Assembly (NCBI GenBank): GCA_040285855.1
Contig: JAUFOQ010000005.1
Coordinates: 1,860,001-1,924,000, forward strand
Length of the DNA stretch: 64,000 nucleotides
From: Eukaryota sp. GEM-RC1
Lineage: Eukaryota
Reading direction: 5' to 3'
Shown here: positions 12,384 through 26,400 of the stretch, piece by piece
How the letters are laid out: each line of letters opens with the position of its first letter
How positions within the stretch are numbered: the stretch's first letter is position 1
Notes under the pieces: model-generated
What the model was told of the DNA's origin: nothing
Seen by the model: only the letters and a program-made list of their open reading frames with translations
Databases searched by the model: none
Program-made: the position numbers and the translations under genes

Positions 12384-15300
12384 CTTTCATTTCTTCAATG
12401 AACATAATTATAAAAGCATTATATTAAAGATCATCAAATAACAAATTTCAACATGTTTTGAATTTCCCAAATAAGTCTCAATAATTATATAACCGCACAC
12501 CAGGATTTCATATTTTTCCGTGGAGTTACCAAATTCATACATAACGATAAATTTCAAAGTACATCTATTACAAATCTTTACTGCCATAGTTAGAAAGAAA
12601 CACGTTTCCATCCGGTCTATTTTACAGCCACTTAGCCTCATTGGTCGTGACATTACTGATGATAAATAATAAGAGACACTTGTACTAGTTCCATGTTCAA
12701 GAATTTCAACGGAATTTTCAAGAAACTCTTGGGGGTTCAAGACCATGTTGTGGATCAGTATTGTTCATTTTCTTTATGTATTTAGTCTTTATGTATCTTT
12801 AAGAGATAAAAGATTTTTCTGTTATTATCTTCAAAAGAAGACATCTGATTGCCGGTAGTCAGATAACCTTTGAAAGTTGATTCCTGTGAGTCAGGTGAGA
12901 ATACAATTTTGGTTTTTCGTACATAGTTATTGAACATGAATGAACTTCATTTTTCTTGTCTTACTGTTTCTGTTGTTAAATAGGAGGGATGGGATTCAAG
13001 ATGTCAAACGTTTGTTCACACTTTATTTATTACTAGACTAGAAGGAAGTATTCAAGAAAAATGTTTTAAAAAGTAAGATTTATAGTCGGCACTATATAGC
13101 GTACCGATACTTGAGTTTTGCAGTCATCGTAGCTGCCATCATCACAGTAGCAGTATTTGTTGTAAGAACTACAACCTAAAAGAACTGCAACAAGAAAACG
13201 ATCCGATTCAACCATAATATATCATCAATAAGTTTGTTCATCAAACAAGATAATGCAAAAATCAAAAGTACATCCAATGGTCAAAATTCTACATGCAGCA
13301 GTAGGTCCATCACAGGACTTACTGTTCAATTAGAACTGTAAGTGCTTTAAGAAACGCTCTAAGTTATGAGTGTAGAATTGGTGACCATTGGTTATGAAAT
13401 AAACGGGAACAAAAATTGCATATACATTTTGTTTAAAGCGAACTCAAATTGACGTCAAAATACTTCAACATTAATACTAGAAACGACAAACTTCGTATAC
13501 TATACTTTTCAAACTCTGACACAGATCAACAATAACAATTAATGATTGCCAACTGCTATTCAAGGTAAACTAAACTAATAGAATATAGAAAATTACCCAA
13601 AATCTACATCTCTGCGGTTTCAATTTACACTTACCACGGTATACTACTAGTTCATTGAATGAATTCTGTATCATGTATGATGCTGAAGTTAGTGCCTGTT
13701 AGTTATTAATAACTGCAAATGCATATATTTCACTGATTTACAATGAACTTAGTGTTTTTAATATGTAATTATGATTATGTTGTTGTTCTTTTGAGGCAAG
13801 TTTTTGAGTACAGAACATTATCCAAGAAATGCAGTTTCATAAATCCATTGAATGCGTGTAACAATGATATTATTTGGTAGTTTTGTTGACTTAAAACGTC
13901 TTGTTCGAATCAAATCTTTAGATCCTCTTGAGTTGGTGAAATGAATGTTGTATGAAAAACGCCAACTTAAATCAGTAAACACCTATAGAAAGTAACTGCA
14001 TAGGAGTTGAAATAATTAAGCTTATACAGAGATACAGTGGCATATCTAAATATCTGATTTAACAACACAGAATCGATTAAAAACGCTGCAAAAGCCATAC
14101 TGTGCTTTGGTTCACCGAAAAATATTAGTACCGTGTATAGGAGAAAAATCCTGTCTACATGAAACAAATCGAGTTTCAGTTTCAAACAACATTTAGTGTG
14201 ACTTCTCTTGACAACTTTGGACTAATAGTACTAGCCACAGTTTTCGAGTGTTTGACTTAAATTGACTTCCAAACTCAGTCTAACGAAGAGATTTGACGAC
14301 AAGTACTAGATTCCACAGAATTGATTGGTACTAACTAGACCCTGGAATCGGATCAACTTCGGATCGGATAATCCGATCGGATTTCTCGGATCGGAGCGAT
14401 TTTCTTGGTTTTGCTCGGATTTGGATTCGGATCGGATTTATCCAACCAGATCCGAAATATCCGATCGGATTTCTAATGATTTTGATATTGTTGTGGACCC
14501 ACAATACATTTGATTACTTTACTAATAACTGATATAGATTCATTAGTTGGTGTCTTTGAGTTATTACTTTTACAAAAGTAGTTCCTGTAATTAACTGTAT
14601 TGATCATAAACCCCGTTTCTTTACTAATAATATACGATATTTAATACGATTGATATGAAAATATGACTGTTGAACATGACTCCTCCCTAAGTAAATTCGG
14701 AAACTACATCTGTTTCAAATGTCTTACTATTCGGATGTAGACGTCCTCTGGGATTCTGATAATCTTCTTTGATTATTGTTCAATACAGGTATCGTCTGTA
14801 CCAATGTGAAAGACTCTTTGCCCGTGCTGGGTTAGCTGTGTCCGAAAATAGAGTATCTTTCAAATGTGACACATTTCAAGTACAGTACATTATTGGATTC
14901 ACTCAATTCATGAACAAAACTTGGATTGATTTATGGCCGATGGACTTTTCCTTGATGATGACAATTGGTGTTACTTTTTGACTAATGAATCTTAATAGTA
15001 TTTTGTTATCCTTCTTTAGTACAAACAACCAGTTCAAAGGACGTCATTTCTTTTTGGAACTAAAACAGTAAGATAAATGCAACAACTAAAACAGAATCAA
15101 AGAAATGTATTAGATAAAAAGCTGAATCCGATCGGATCTTTCGGATCGGATTCGGATATTGAACACCAGGATCCGGATCGGATTCAGATCTCGATCAGTC
15201 AGATTCGGATCGGATCGGATTTGGGATAAAAAATCCGATTCCAAGGTCTAGTACTAACCACGGAACGCAAATGCTCAGTACCGTGGCGATTTTGGGCGTA

Positions 15301-15988
15301 TGGTTCTGTATTTTTGACTAAAATATACTAGTATTTAAACATAATGATCCACTGTGAGATTTTAACAGTTATCCTCGTCATAAATTGTACAGTTCACTAT
15401 TGCGCATGAAATCAATATCGTATTGTCACACATATCCACATTTGGGTTACGACATTTGCTGACCACAACTTCCCAAAAATGACATTTCTATGTACGAAGC
15501 ACAGTTATCGCTCGAAATTAACAATAGTAGTAGCGTCTTCGAATCACAATGCATTTGACGAGTGATTACGACGTTATATATCAATGATAAAGGGCCCAAA
15601 AACACACAGATTGGATTTCTAAACGATCAGAAGATGCAGTAGCAATTTGCACTAGTACTGTGTTTGACTTGTGAATGAACCTCCACTCAAAATAATAATA
15701 ATTGCATATTCATTTAGATTATTCATAAATAGACTTTTCGTTTAACTACATGACATCGGTACGGATAAAAAGAGGTACGTACCAGATTTGCGCACATAGG
15801 TACTAACGCAGTCATTTCATTTCCATATTTTAACCTTCTGTACTTTTTGACAGCTTTCTGAGACCTGAAAAATAATATGTGTTTATTATGAATTCGGAAG
15901 GATTAAAACATTTGAATTGTTATGAGAACAGCTTTAGCCGAAAAATGAAAACTAGGCTACATAAAATTGAGGCAGAGCTACATATAGA
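12290..15988 (+). repeat. Segmental duplication copy 1 (3' end of LRR gene plus flank); paralog at about 32985-35736
   Basis: Long collinear near-identity, e.g. GCACAATTGTTGCAA...GAAGATGATGAATAA and ...GAGAACAGCTTTAGCCGAAAAATGAAA... Confidence 0.9.
14336..15250 (+). mobile_element. Non-autonomous hAT element with TCGGA-rich ends
   Basis: TIRs TAGACC(C/T)TGGAATCGGAT; perfect 8-bp TSD GTACTAAC (14328-14335, 15251-15258); dimerisation remnant CERLFARAG; absent from the paralogous site near 34596. Confidence 0.92.
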
Positions 15989-16832
15989 CAGGGCTCTATA
16001 ATATTGGATTGCAATATATTGGTATTGGTTTTTGATCTTCCAAGCAATATTGGTCAATATTGCAAAATAGTTAGTCCTGGTAAATAAAGCAGCCTTATTT
16101 ATATATACTTCTAAAATTGATAAAATAAAAAACCAAAACAAATGAGGATTGTATTTGCAACAGCAATTCAGTACATACTACAATGTAATTCAGAAAAGGA
16201 AACAAAAGGTTAATCTAAATTTTATTCAGCAAGCTCATCTTCTGGGGACCATTTCGCAACTCAAGCTTTACGAACAGTTCCAACATCCCATAGACTGCTG
16301 TTGTAATGCAACCAAAGTTGAGCTTCCATTTGGCTAATGGATAAAGAATAACGAGTAATTCCAACGGCAAGTTTCACTTTGAGAAAAATTCTCTCAAGCT
16401 CCACAGACGTGGCTGGAATATACCAAATGCTGATATTGATAGCATTGATGACGGCGACGTTCCCCACAGACAAATTCACATTCCTCAGTACTGTCGGTAG
16501 ACGTGAAGTTGAGGGATTAAAAGGTGAGACAGATTGTTTTATTCAATCATGAAGATGTTAAGAGTACGTTACAGAAGTAAGAAGTTTAATTCTTCTGTTG
16601 TTTTGGCAGATTTCTTCATAAAGTAAATGGTTGGCTCATCTGTAATTTTTTCAAAGAAGTTCAACTAAGGTGTAACTGACAGTCACTGATATACATTGTC
16701 ACATGGATGTTTGCGACACAAGACCCAACATCCATATTGATCAATATTGTCAGTATATTGTTGCAAACAATCAATATTGAGACATATTAATTGGCAATAT
16801 TGAATTAGCCATTCAATATTACAGAGGGCTGG
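15989..16832 (-). mobile_element. Non-autonomous hAT element, same family as 4469-5462, inverted
   Basis: CAGGGCTCTATAATATTG ... CAATATTACAGAGGGCTG; TSD CATATAGA/CCTATAGA; WYIPATSVELERIF remnant; single CCTATAGA at the paralogous site near 35728. Confidence 0.88.
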
Positions 16833-17106
16833 CCTATAGATAAGCTTTTATTCTAAATCACTGATGATATTACGTGTAATGAATGGAAGTGAACAAACTG
16901 ACGCCATTAATATATGTTATCTTATGTTAGAGTTACTAAATATGAGAAATACTCAAGACGTTACCTAAAGGCTAGAAGAAACACTTGTATATGAAATACC
17001 AACTAGAAGTCCACTCTATACATCTACAACGTTTATGAGGATGAAAGACGGAAAGTCAACAATTTTTTCCCCAAATGTGTACATTTATTCAAAAAAAAAC
17101 GATGAT

Positions 17107-18040
17107 CTAGTAGTCAATGTCATTAAAACAAGATTCCTTCGAATCGAACCTTGTTGAAGCTTTGTCTTCATAAAACACACTTCGGGATAACAAAGCTTTT
17201 GAAATCATTGTGGGAACTGCCTTTAGAATCGTAAAGACAATTCGGTTCTGCCAAAAAGAACGATCAAATATTTTGATAGTTCTACGAGCTACTGCAAATT
17301 CATCAAGGAACTTCAAGGCCAATTTGCCTAATCTACCATATATGGAAATCGCAAATGGGACAAGTGAATATTCAACATGGACAATCTGTTTCCAGGTCTT
17401 TCAAAGGATCAGCATACTTTCTTTGCTTGTTATTTTCAGCAATGTCTAAAGGTGAGATTTCCTTTGTAACAAACTTGTTACAACTTTTTTTGCACACATC
17501 CACTGAAACAACATCGATAACTGTCAGAGATTCAGAAGATGAAGGTATAATCAAGTCAGCACGTCTTTGCCCATAAAAATTTTCTTTTTGGAATGTTGAT
17601 TGATGTCAAGAGATCTCAGCAAAGGTTCAACGAAGGATTCAATTTTGTAAGATTTGCACATGGCATGTAGCTGATCGCGTACAGGGTCATGGATAGCAGA
17701 TCGATAAGTTATGTAATGCGAACATGAAAATATATGAGATAACGTTACCAATTGTCCACACTTGCAGTAACAATCATTAGGTAAATTACGAGGCCATAAA
17801 AAGCATCTTAAAAGCATTGTAGTGGTCCACTGATGATCATCTAGTAACAATCCGTAAATTTGCGGAATTTGATTGAGGAAAGCTGATGCAGAGCTATACT
17901 GTAAATCTAACAGAAAATTAGCGAAAGTAGGATTAGTTTGTTTAGCCGAGCTAATGCGAACAACAAAATGCAAACTTTCAAAATGTTTCGAAAGATGATG
18001 CTGAAGCTTTTTTAGCGCAAACCTTAAAGAAACCAAACTT
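17107..18040 (-). pseudogene. 3' fragment of a CRE-like non-LTR retrotransposon (zinc finger plus restriction-like endonuclease)
   Basis: CKCG...HIFSC...HDPVRD and IDVVSVDVCK motifs, homologous to 23548-24345. Confidence 0.75.
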
Positions 18041-19283
18041 CTTTCTGGGAAGTCAACAATATACCATCAAATCAAAGGTACTATGAACTCACACTCGAGT
18101 TTCAACACATTAAGTAATAGAGTTTCACAAAAGAATAACCAATTTAATAAAGACAACTAATTAAGATTCATAGAGTTCATCTACTCCCACTATTTCAAGT
18201 CTAGGGTTAACTTTCAACGCCTCTGCCAAAACTCTGGCACCTTCAGCTCCAATAGAGTTTGAATACAGATCAATAGTTGTAACTGAAGCATTAACTTTCA
18301 ACGCATCTGCCAAAGCTCGGGCACCTTCATATCCAATAGAATTTCTACCTAGATTAACACTTGTAACTGAAGCATTAACTTTCAACGCATCTGCCAAAGC
18401 TCTGACACCTTCATCTCCAATAGAGTTTTGCCACAGATTAATACTTGTAATTGAAGCATTAACTTTCAACGCATCTGCCAAAGCTCTGACACCTTCATCT
18501 CCAATAGAGTTTTGCCACAGATTAATACTTGTAATTGAAGCATTAACTTTCAACGCATCTGCCAAAGCTCTGACACCTTCATCTCCAATAGAGTTTTGCC
18601 ACAGATTAATACTTGTAATTGAAGCATTAACTTTCAACGCATCTGCCAAAGCTCTGACACCTTCATCTCCAATAGAGTTGTGCCGCAGATTAATACTTGT
18701 AATTGAAGCATTAACTTTCAACGCATCTGCCAAAGCTCTGACATCTTCATCTCCAATTGAGTTAACACTTAAAATAACACTCGTAACTGAAGCATTAACT
18801 TTCAATGCCTCTGCCAAAGCCCTGGCACCTTCATCTCCAATAGAGTTGTATTCCAGATCAATACTTGTAACTGAAACATTAACTTTCAATGCCTCTGCCA
18901 AAGCTACGGCACCTTCATCTCCAATAGAGTTGGAATCTAGATTAATACTTGTAACTGTAGTATTGGTTTTCAAAGATTCAATCAATAACATAGATACAGA
19001 GGTGCGTTGAAACACTGATACTTCTAGTTGCTTAAGACGTGGAAATAAAGAAGAAGAATTGTTTAGAAACTCTAAATCAGAGGGTTTTCTTAGGTCGATT
19101 CTCAATCCTGTAATTATACCAGAATAATTAAGAAATTTCTCAATTTCTAAAAGTCCATCAGCGTGTAAGAAAACAGATTGTGGATCTGTTCCAAAGAAAG
19201 AAGCAAGTGAAATTAGTTCGGGAAAGTGTTTACGATCAGCATGAAAGGTGTGTAATTGGAAAAACATTTTAACTGCTTGCAAT

Positions 19284-21459
19284 CAGGGCTCTTCAATAAA
19301 TAATTGCAATATATTGTGAAAATTTTTGTTGCTGCAATACTGTATTGCAATAACTGGTTTAGTTGCAATACTGTATTGCAATAATTGGTACATTTGCAAT
19401 ACTGTACTGCAATATTTTTTAACAAATTTGCTGCTTAAGTGCTACATTTATGTTTCAATAAATTCGACATGCATACCATTATATCAATCTATTGATTACA
19501 AATCTAGTTTTCGATCAACAATCATTTTGGCTACCAATTGCATATCCCAATGATGTCTATTGATGGACAAAAACACTTGAGTTTCGAGACGTTCTTGACT
19601 CAAAGAATGACGATTCAATCCTTGAATAAATCGGACACGACTAAAAAGTCTTTCAACGACGTTAGATGTAGGAGGAATCCAGGAAAGATCTTGATAAGTT
19701 GAACCTTCTTCGATTGTTTTCTGACTGAAAACGTCTTTTATGGAGGCAAGGCGTCTCTCGCCTGCTCTTGGCTCAGCATTTGGGTGTTCAATGAAACACT
19801 GGACCCATTTCTTTTCATCTTCTGTTAAACATTCGCCTCTACGAAGCAGTTTGAGAACTGCCGTTTCAAAGTGAACCTGGTTTTCAGGATATCTGGCACG
19901 TAAAGAGGCAGGATATGTCAGGTGTTCCTTGAGCTCTGGATTTTCGTTTTCTTGACAGTATACATCAATAGTGGAAGCAAACAATCTTTGTACACTTAGC
20001 ATATCAATATCCTCTCGTTGGAGTTGTAAACTCACAAATGCAAGATTTTCAAGATCATTCAATGCTTGTAGAAGAACTGGTTCCTCAAAAGAGGATGGCA
20101 AATATTGCAACAATTCTTGATCTGCAGCTTCAACAATCATCTTGACAATGGAATCCTTCAGTTCTATATAGCGTCTAACCATTGCTTCAGTCGAGTGCCA
20201 TCTAGTGACATTCCGCTTTTTGGGCTTTAATTTCGTGAAACCGTTTAGAACAGTTGCCCTTTTTGGTTCAGAAAGCAGTTTCATAATAGTGTTGATTTTT
20301 CTGAAGACAGTGTCTAAATGAGAAGTGAACTGCCGTACTCCTAACTGAAACCGATGAGAAGCGCAGCCTACAAATCCACACGAAATTCTGGTGGCTACGG
20401 CTTTCATTGTCGGACAATTGTCTGCTACGATACAAGCAACCATTGCCAGGATTTGTTGAACATTGCAAGAGAATGTTCAATCAAGTTTATCACTGCATCT
20501 GTGCCAAACATTCTATCGAAGACAGTGGAGCCAGCTTCAGCCTCAAAGGGCAACAGTGATAGAAAGACAGGGGATGAGAGAGAACGATTCATGGCAAAGA
20601 TTCCGAGATAATGAAGATTTGTGGACGGACTTTTCCAAGCATCGATAATGAGCGCAAAGCATGACCCAAGTAGAGATTCCAACTGATGATACATATGTTC
20701 CTTAAGGCAGTCAAAGAGGTCGACAAACGTGTTGAAACAGATAGGTTGGAGATTGGTGTAGCAACGAGTAACTTCAGATTCAACAACTGAAAAGGGTAGG
20801 CCTTCACTAACCCAGTCCAACCAAGAATAGTAACGCTTCGTTTTGCATGGAATAAAGATCCTTGAGATATCTTGATTTGAGTCCGCTTCTCTAAGCAATT
20901 GCCATGTTTCCGTTCTCCAATCAACATGTTCTGATACAACATGGGATGAGAGATTCGACCAGCCACTGTTCGGCTTTCTAGTACGAAAAACACCACATCT
21001 ACATTTCCATACTTCAACATCATCTCGATCTCTTACTGGTGATTTGCTGAGAAAGTTTTGAACCTCAGCTGTTTCAGTATCGAGTTCGATAAAATATGCC
21101 CTCGATCGTTGTGCCGGAGTTGGTTCAGAATTTGTTTCTTTTACTCGCAGGGTCATACAAAGAGAAATTTAGCTGACAAAATTCGTCTCTTCAAGATAAT
21201 CATCTTACTGTTGTTTTATAAACTGATATTCACAACACCAGCTAATTTTTTAATATATGCTTTAAGTACACCACACTACTAAAATGACAATAAAACGGTT
21301 TCGGCAATTGGCTGAGTATTGCTTACAATAACTGCAATAACGAAACAACATGCAATATCGTACTGCAATATTCGAACCAGTTGCAATACTGTATTGCAAT
21401 ACTGCAATACAGTGTTATTGCAATAATTGCAAAATGCAATTATTTTTTGAAGAGCCCTG
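19284..21459 (-). mobile_element. hAT DNA transposon, full-length type
   Basis: TIRs CAGGGCTCTTCAA(T/A)AAATAATTGCA; perfect 8-bp TSD CTTGCAAT (19276-19283, 21460-21467); TTGCAATAC subterminal repeats. Confidence 0.95.
19496..21156 (-). CDS. hAT transposase (BED-like finger, DDE core, dimerisation domain); one frameshift near 20440
   Basis: CRCG...NLSSHVVSEH; IIDAW; VADN; CASH; NVTRWHS; WIPPTSNVVERLFS. Confidence 0.92.
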
Positions 21460-22327
21460 CTTGCAATGAAGAATCAAAGAAGTGATTACTTACGTAACCA
21501 ACTTGTCCAAAGAGTGCAGGTAACGCTGTTTTCAAACCATCGAGTTGAGGATTAGTTCGACGGCGATAATTTCCGAGAGTACGCTTGAAAAGACGTCTCA
21601 GCAAGTGAAGATGGATGAGAATCAACAAAGTCTGCTGAACATAGACACGTTTAGAGGGAGGATGTGTGGATGAAGACAATACAGACAGTTCGTCACAGTT
21701 AGACACCACAGAGGAGACACTGGAAGGGGATGAACGCGTGCTTTGCAGAGGTTCAGGACGAGGTGTGATCATTGACCTCATTCTTTCACTGGGCGTTGAG
21801 ATATCTGATCCGCTCCGATCAGAACTACTCTAATCTGAACCCCATCTGAAGTCCGAACAAGCATAATCTTCTGATCCCTTTCTTGACTGTATGAGAACAT
21901 CAATATCATATTGTTTATATCAATAAAGATACAAGTACTGTTCTGAGTCACCATCTTCATCTTCTGACAGCATCAAGCTGAGTCCACCACGATATTTGAG
22001 AACACATAGCTTCAAGGGCTTCTGATCCTAAGAAACTTCGTCCAGCTAACATATTGCGATGGTTACAATTGTTGATCTAGGTGCTAACTTTATTCGAGAT
22101 GGCAGAGTGGTTGAAAGTTGATACTTCACATCAAGTTCTGTATGATTGTAATTCAGATGATGCTATTGGTTATGCTTATAGTTATACAAGTTGTTACGAT
22201 TCAAATGACGATTGTTGACATAGTTCTCTAGCGATTTCAGACTTTAGAGAGAAACTTATAAGAATAACACTATCAAAAGTTTCCCAAAGTATTTGAATCG
22301 TATTCTGGACAAGTTGTATAGTGGTAG

Positions 22328-23087
22328 CAGGAATGTAAAATAAATACATATATTGTACAATAACAATAAATATATTTATTGTTATCTTATTGTGACACTC
22401 TCTCTCCACAATATATTTATCTTGAAAACTCAACAATATACGATAAATTTCAATAAGATAAGATAATTCAAGAACATTCATTTTCTTTCTGTAACCTGAT
22501 TTAATGTTGATGTCATTTTTGAATAAAGTAGAATTGTGTTGAAGCATTTGAACTCCAAGGTAACAGAGAACCATGCAGTCATGGTGGCTAAAATACAAGA
22601 TTGAACAAATGTAAACAGCAACGAACTAATCAAGATTTAAAATATATAGATTTATATTGTATACTTGTAACTAGAAATGAATATGGGATGCTCATAGTTT
22701 TGTAGGAAGGTTGCTTTATTGGGTACCGAATAAAGCTTTCACACCTGGGATGCTTTTCAGTAGAGCTAAGAAGGACTTCAGGAAACACAAAACCAAGTCT
22801 GAACTCAAACGCGTTAGGAAAGCAACGGTTCTTGTTGTACAATGTTGATCTGTGGGATCAAACTGCTATTGGAAAAATTTAATAAAGTATCTCACACATC
22901 AATCAGGCTACATGATGAATGTGACCAAATTCTTGTTAGTGATTTGTTACTATCGTTATTGAAGATATATTTATTGCTTTGACTCAAGATAACCAATAAA
23001 TAAGATAAGATATCAATCCAGACAATATATTTATTGTTGAATGTCAGAAAAACAATAAGATAACAATAAGATATTTTTACATTGCTG
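22328..23087. mobile_element. hAT-type MITE
   Basis: Ends CAGGAATGTAAAA / TTTTACATTGCTG; near-perfect 8-bp TSD (A/C)GTGGTAG; ATAAGATA and TATTTATTG subterminal repeats at both ends. Confidence 0.7.
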
Positions 23088-23475
23088 CGTGGTAGTTCAA
23101 GAGTAGATGTGGATCATTTAATATCTTTTTAAGTACTGTAGTTGTTTGTATTTCGTTAATTTATAACATAAAATTATTTTATTACACTATCAAAATTGAA
23201 ATTTATTTACACGACGTGTTGTCAACCAAAGTAATGTTCTGTTCAGTTGGTATAAAAAAGACTACTAAAATAATTATTATTAAGAATTTAATTGAATTTC
23301 ACATACATGTAGTTTACAAGTGGATCGTTGATTTGGTTGAGTTTGGCCATGAAAAAAGTTCTCTGTGGTGTTCCTGTTGAATTTATCACTACGTAAATAG
23401 TCAAGAAGTACATCAATGACTTGCTTAATACAAATTGCTTATGACCAACAAAACCAATTATGCAGAGAAAGAGAA

Positions 23476-26400
23476 TTTATTCGGCACCCAATAAGGTAAC
23501 CTTCTTACAAACTATGAAATTGTAAAAACAAACAAATAATACTAAGATTAAATCCAAACGACTTCATCACCACCCGGTAAAAGATTAAGTTTATCAACAT
23601 TAACCTTCACACCAAACTTGTACAATTTCTCAAGTAATCTAGAGAAATAGAAAGGCATATTCCGATATATGGAAAACACAATACGGTTTTTCCATTCAGC
23701 CATTCTAAACTTACGCTTCTTTTCTTTACACAATTCTTCGCAATCCTTGAAAAATTGATCACCAACAGGACTAATAGATCCAAAAAGAGAAACAGCAAAA
23801 GGTTGAAACACAAATATGGAATATGAGTTTCTATTTAATTCTTCAACTTGAAGATCATACTTGGAGTGTTTGAGCTTTTCAGCAGCTGTTAACGGGTTAA
23901 AAGAAGAATCTAATATCCTACTAACACAAGATTTGTTACATACATCTACTGTAGTAAAATCCATTAATGATTGACTCGATTTAAGCCACGGAGTATGTAG
24001 ATCCCCTCTTTTTTGATCAGTGAATTCATTTTCTGAAAGATGATTCAAAACTGGTTCAACTTTAGAGTGAAACCCATGTGCTTTAAACATGGAATAACAA
24101 GAATCACGTACACCATCATGAATTACTGCACGTAGACGAATAAAATAACGACAATTAATTAAATGACGAAAAACACCATTAGCTCCACAAGAGCAAGTTG
24201 AATAGTTTAATAAATTGGAATTTGCAGGCCAAATAGCCAAACGAAGACGCATATTGATCATCCAAGCTTCATCAGATAGATGTAATCCATACACCTTTTG
24301 GAATTTGAGAAATAAATCCAGAAGGTCCACTATTACAAAGATCAATTAAAAAAGCAGCGAACTCGGGACTATTAGTTTTAGCCAAGCTAATACGATTATT
24401 AAAGTCCAAGAGTTCAAACTCTTTGGCAATTAATTTTATAGCTTACATACAGTAGACGGTAGAGATGAAATATTTTTTAAAGGAACCTCCTTCAAATGAG
24501 CAGGGAACAAAGATTCCCACATTTCAGGAGACAAGGATGATACCAAATCTTTAGCAGATTGAATCCAACGGCAATTACTGGAATTCAACAGATTGATTCC
24601 ATCCAAGGGAAACCGTTTCAAAAATTCAAACATAAAATTCTTAACACCTCCTAAAAGAGCAGATTTTCTAATGATTTTTGCATGGGTGAAACCTACTCCT
24701 GCGAATTCAGAAGAATTAAAAGCATGAAATGGAATCTTAGACTCATCAATTTCAGCCAAGTTAGAGAGATAATTTGTTCTAATAGAATTAAATTTCTTGG
24801 CAAATGTTTCCAGTGAGGGAATAGTCTAATGAACGTAAAAAATGATTAATTTTCCCGGAAAAACAGACCTGAAGCATAGCAAAGGCAACATGTTTACTCA
24901 CATCTAAAGATAATATTTGATTTAGTTTTTCTTCAATTGTAGTTAATGAACCCTCCAATTCTGAATGAATTTTCTCATAATTTCCCAAAAATGTGCCAAG
25001 GAAACGAAAACATTGAGTAGAATAATCGATGATAGGAATATTACGAAAACCAAGATTAGAAACATTCGAAGACTTAACAACAAGAAAACACTTATCAAAA
25101 TTGATTGTTAAACCAATACTCAAAGAAAGTTCAATGAAACGTGAAAAACACTTTTTGAGAACGTCAACTGGAGCGATCAGCGAAGAATCATCAGCATAAG
25201 CACAAATTTTAACAGTTGGAAATTCTAATTGTAAGATTTTAAATAATTTTTGCAGAGCGAGACAAAACAAAAAGGACCCAAAGGATCACCTTGCTTAACC
25301 CCTATAGTTGATTTAATATCAAACTTGTCAAAAATTAAATTCGACGCTTTCCCATAAAAAAGGTTAAAACAAGGAATCAACTGAGGAAAAAATTTAGAAA
25401 GTTCGTCAGATATAGTTGATCTTAAAACACAATTAAATGCATTTTTAAAATCAATGTTCAAAATAGCATTTTCCTCATTTGAATGAAAAAGAAAATCAGA
25501 GGTTAAAGCAGCACACGTAGTACCATCAGGAACTCCAACTGCAAATTGAAACGGTCTAAAGAATTCAACAGAGGAATCTCTGACTCTCCTAAAGCACAAA
25601 GTTGAAAAAATACGAGAAATTGTTTCACCCACTGCAATTGGTCTCACACCTCCATTTGGTTTGCTTAAAGCCACTAATCTAGAAGAGCAAAGAGCATGAG
25701 GTAATTTCTTTGTGCCTAATAAAACTTCATTAAAGAAAACAGCAAGATCTTCACAAATTTCAGGAACAGCATTAACGGCAATTTTAAAATGATCAAAACT
25801 CATACCAGAAGGACCAGCAGCACGACCAGAAGGGGATGACGAAATTAATTGTAAAATTTCATCAACTAAAACAGGTTTGTTAGTCCAGTACGACATGGAA
25901 AGTTCACCAAAAACCGGATTACTTCAACAGGGTGTAATTTTTTCAGTTTTTCAACAGTTTCAACAGAAACTTCAGCTGGAAGTGTGTGATTAAGGGAGGA
26001 CAAAGCAGAAGAAAACTGACCTCGTAAAACAAGATTTTGAAATCTTTTAGCAATAAACTTATCACTAACTTGAGACTTAAGAACAGGTTTAATTTTTCTA
26101 TTGGACTTCTTAACAATTGACAACATATATCGCCAAAAGGTGCGGGATTCCAAATTCCACCACGTAAAATTTGTGTCACACTTCTAAGAGCAGTCCCGAC
26201 ATTAACGGCCGCCATTGGAGATATCATGATAGGAATTCTAAATTGTGGACGACATACATCAATAGGTGAACAATCAAAACACACAAGAAGTGGACGATTG
26301 GATTTATTTTTCCCAGAAACAGATTTAGCACAAAAAGACAGGTCAATGAAATTGATGAATTAATTTTAGGCTCACAAACAGTCTCTTGGAAATCAAGAAC

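Larger units (their letters stand above)
18161..21781 (-). pseudogene. LRR family gene B, interrupted by a hAT transposon
   Basis: N-terminus 21460-21781 (...NHFFDSSLQ) rejoins AVKMFFQLH... (18161-19282) when 19284-21459 and one TSD copy are removed; 10 LRRs. Confidence 0.9.

Noticed and set aside
12408..17000. Many 60-130 aa ORFs in AT-rich intergenic or transposon DNA
   Set aside because: No recognisable motifs, many non-ATG starts, and frames not consistently kept between the duplicated segments.
21950..22140. Additional LRR gene (also the 5' remnant near 35750-35810)
   Set aside because: Only short decayed fragments; no ORF.
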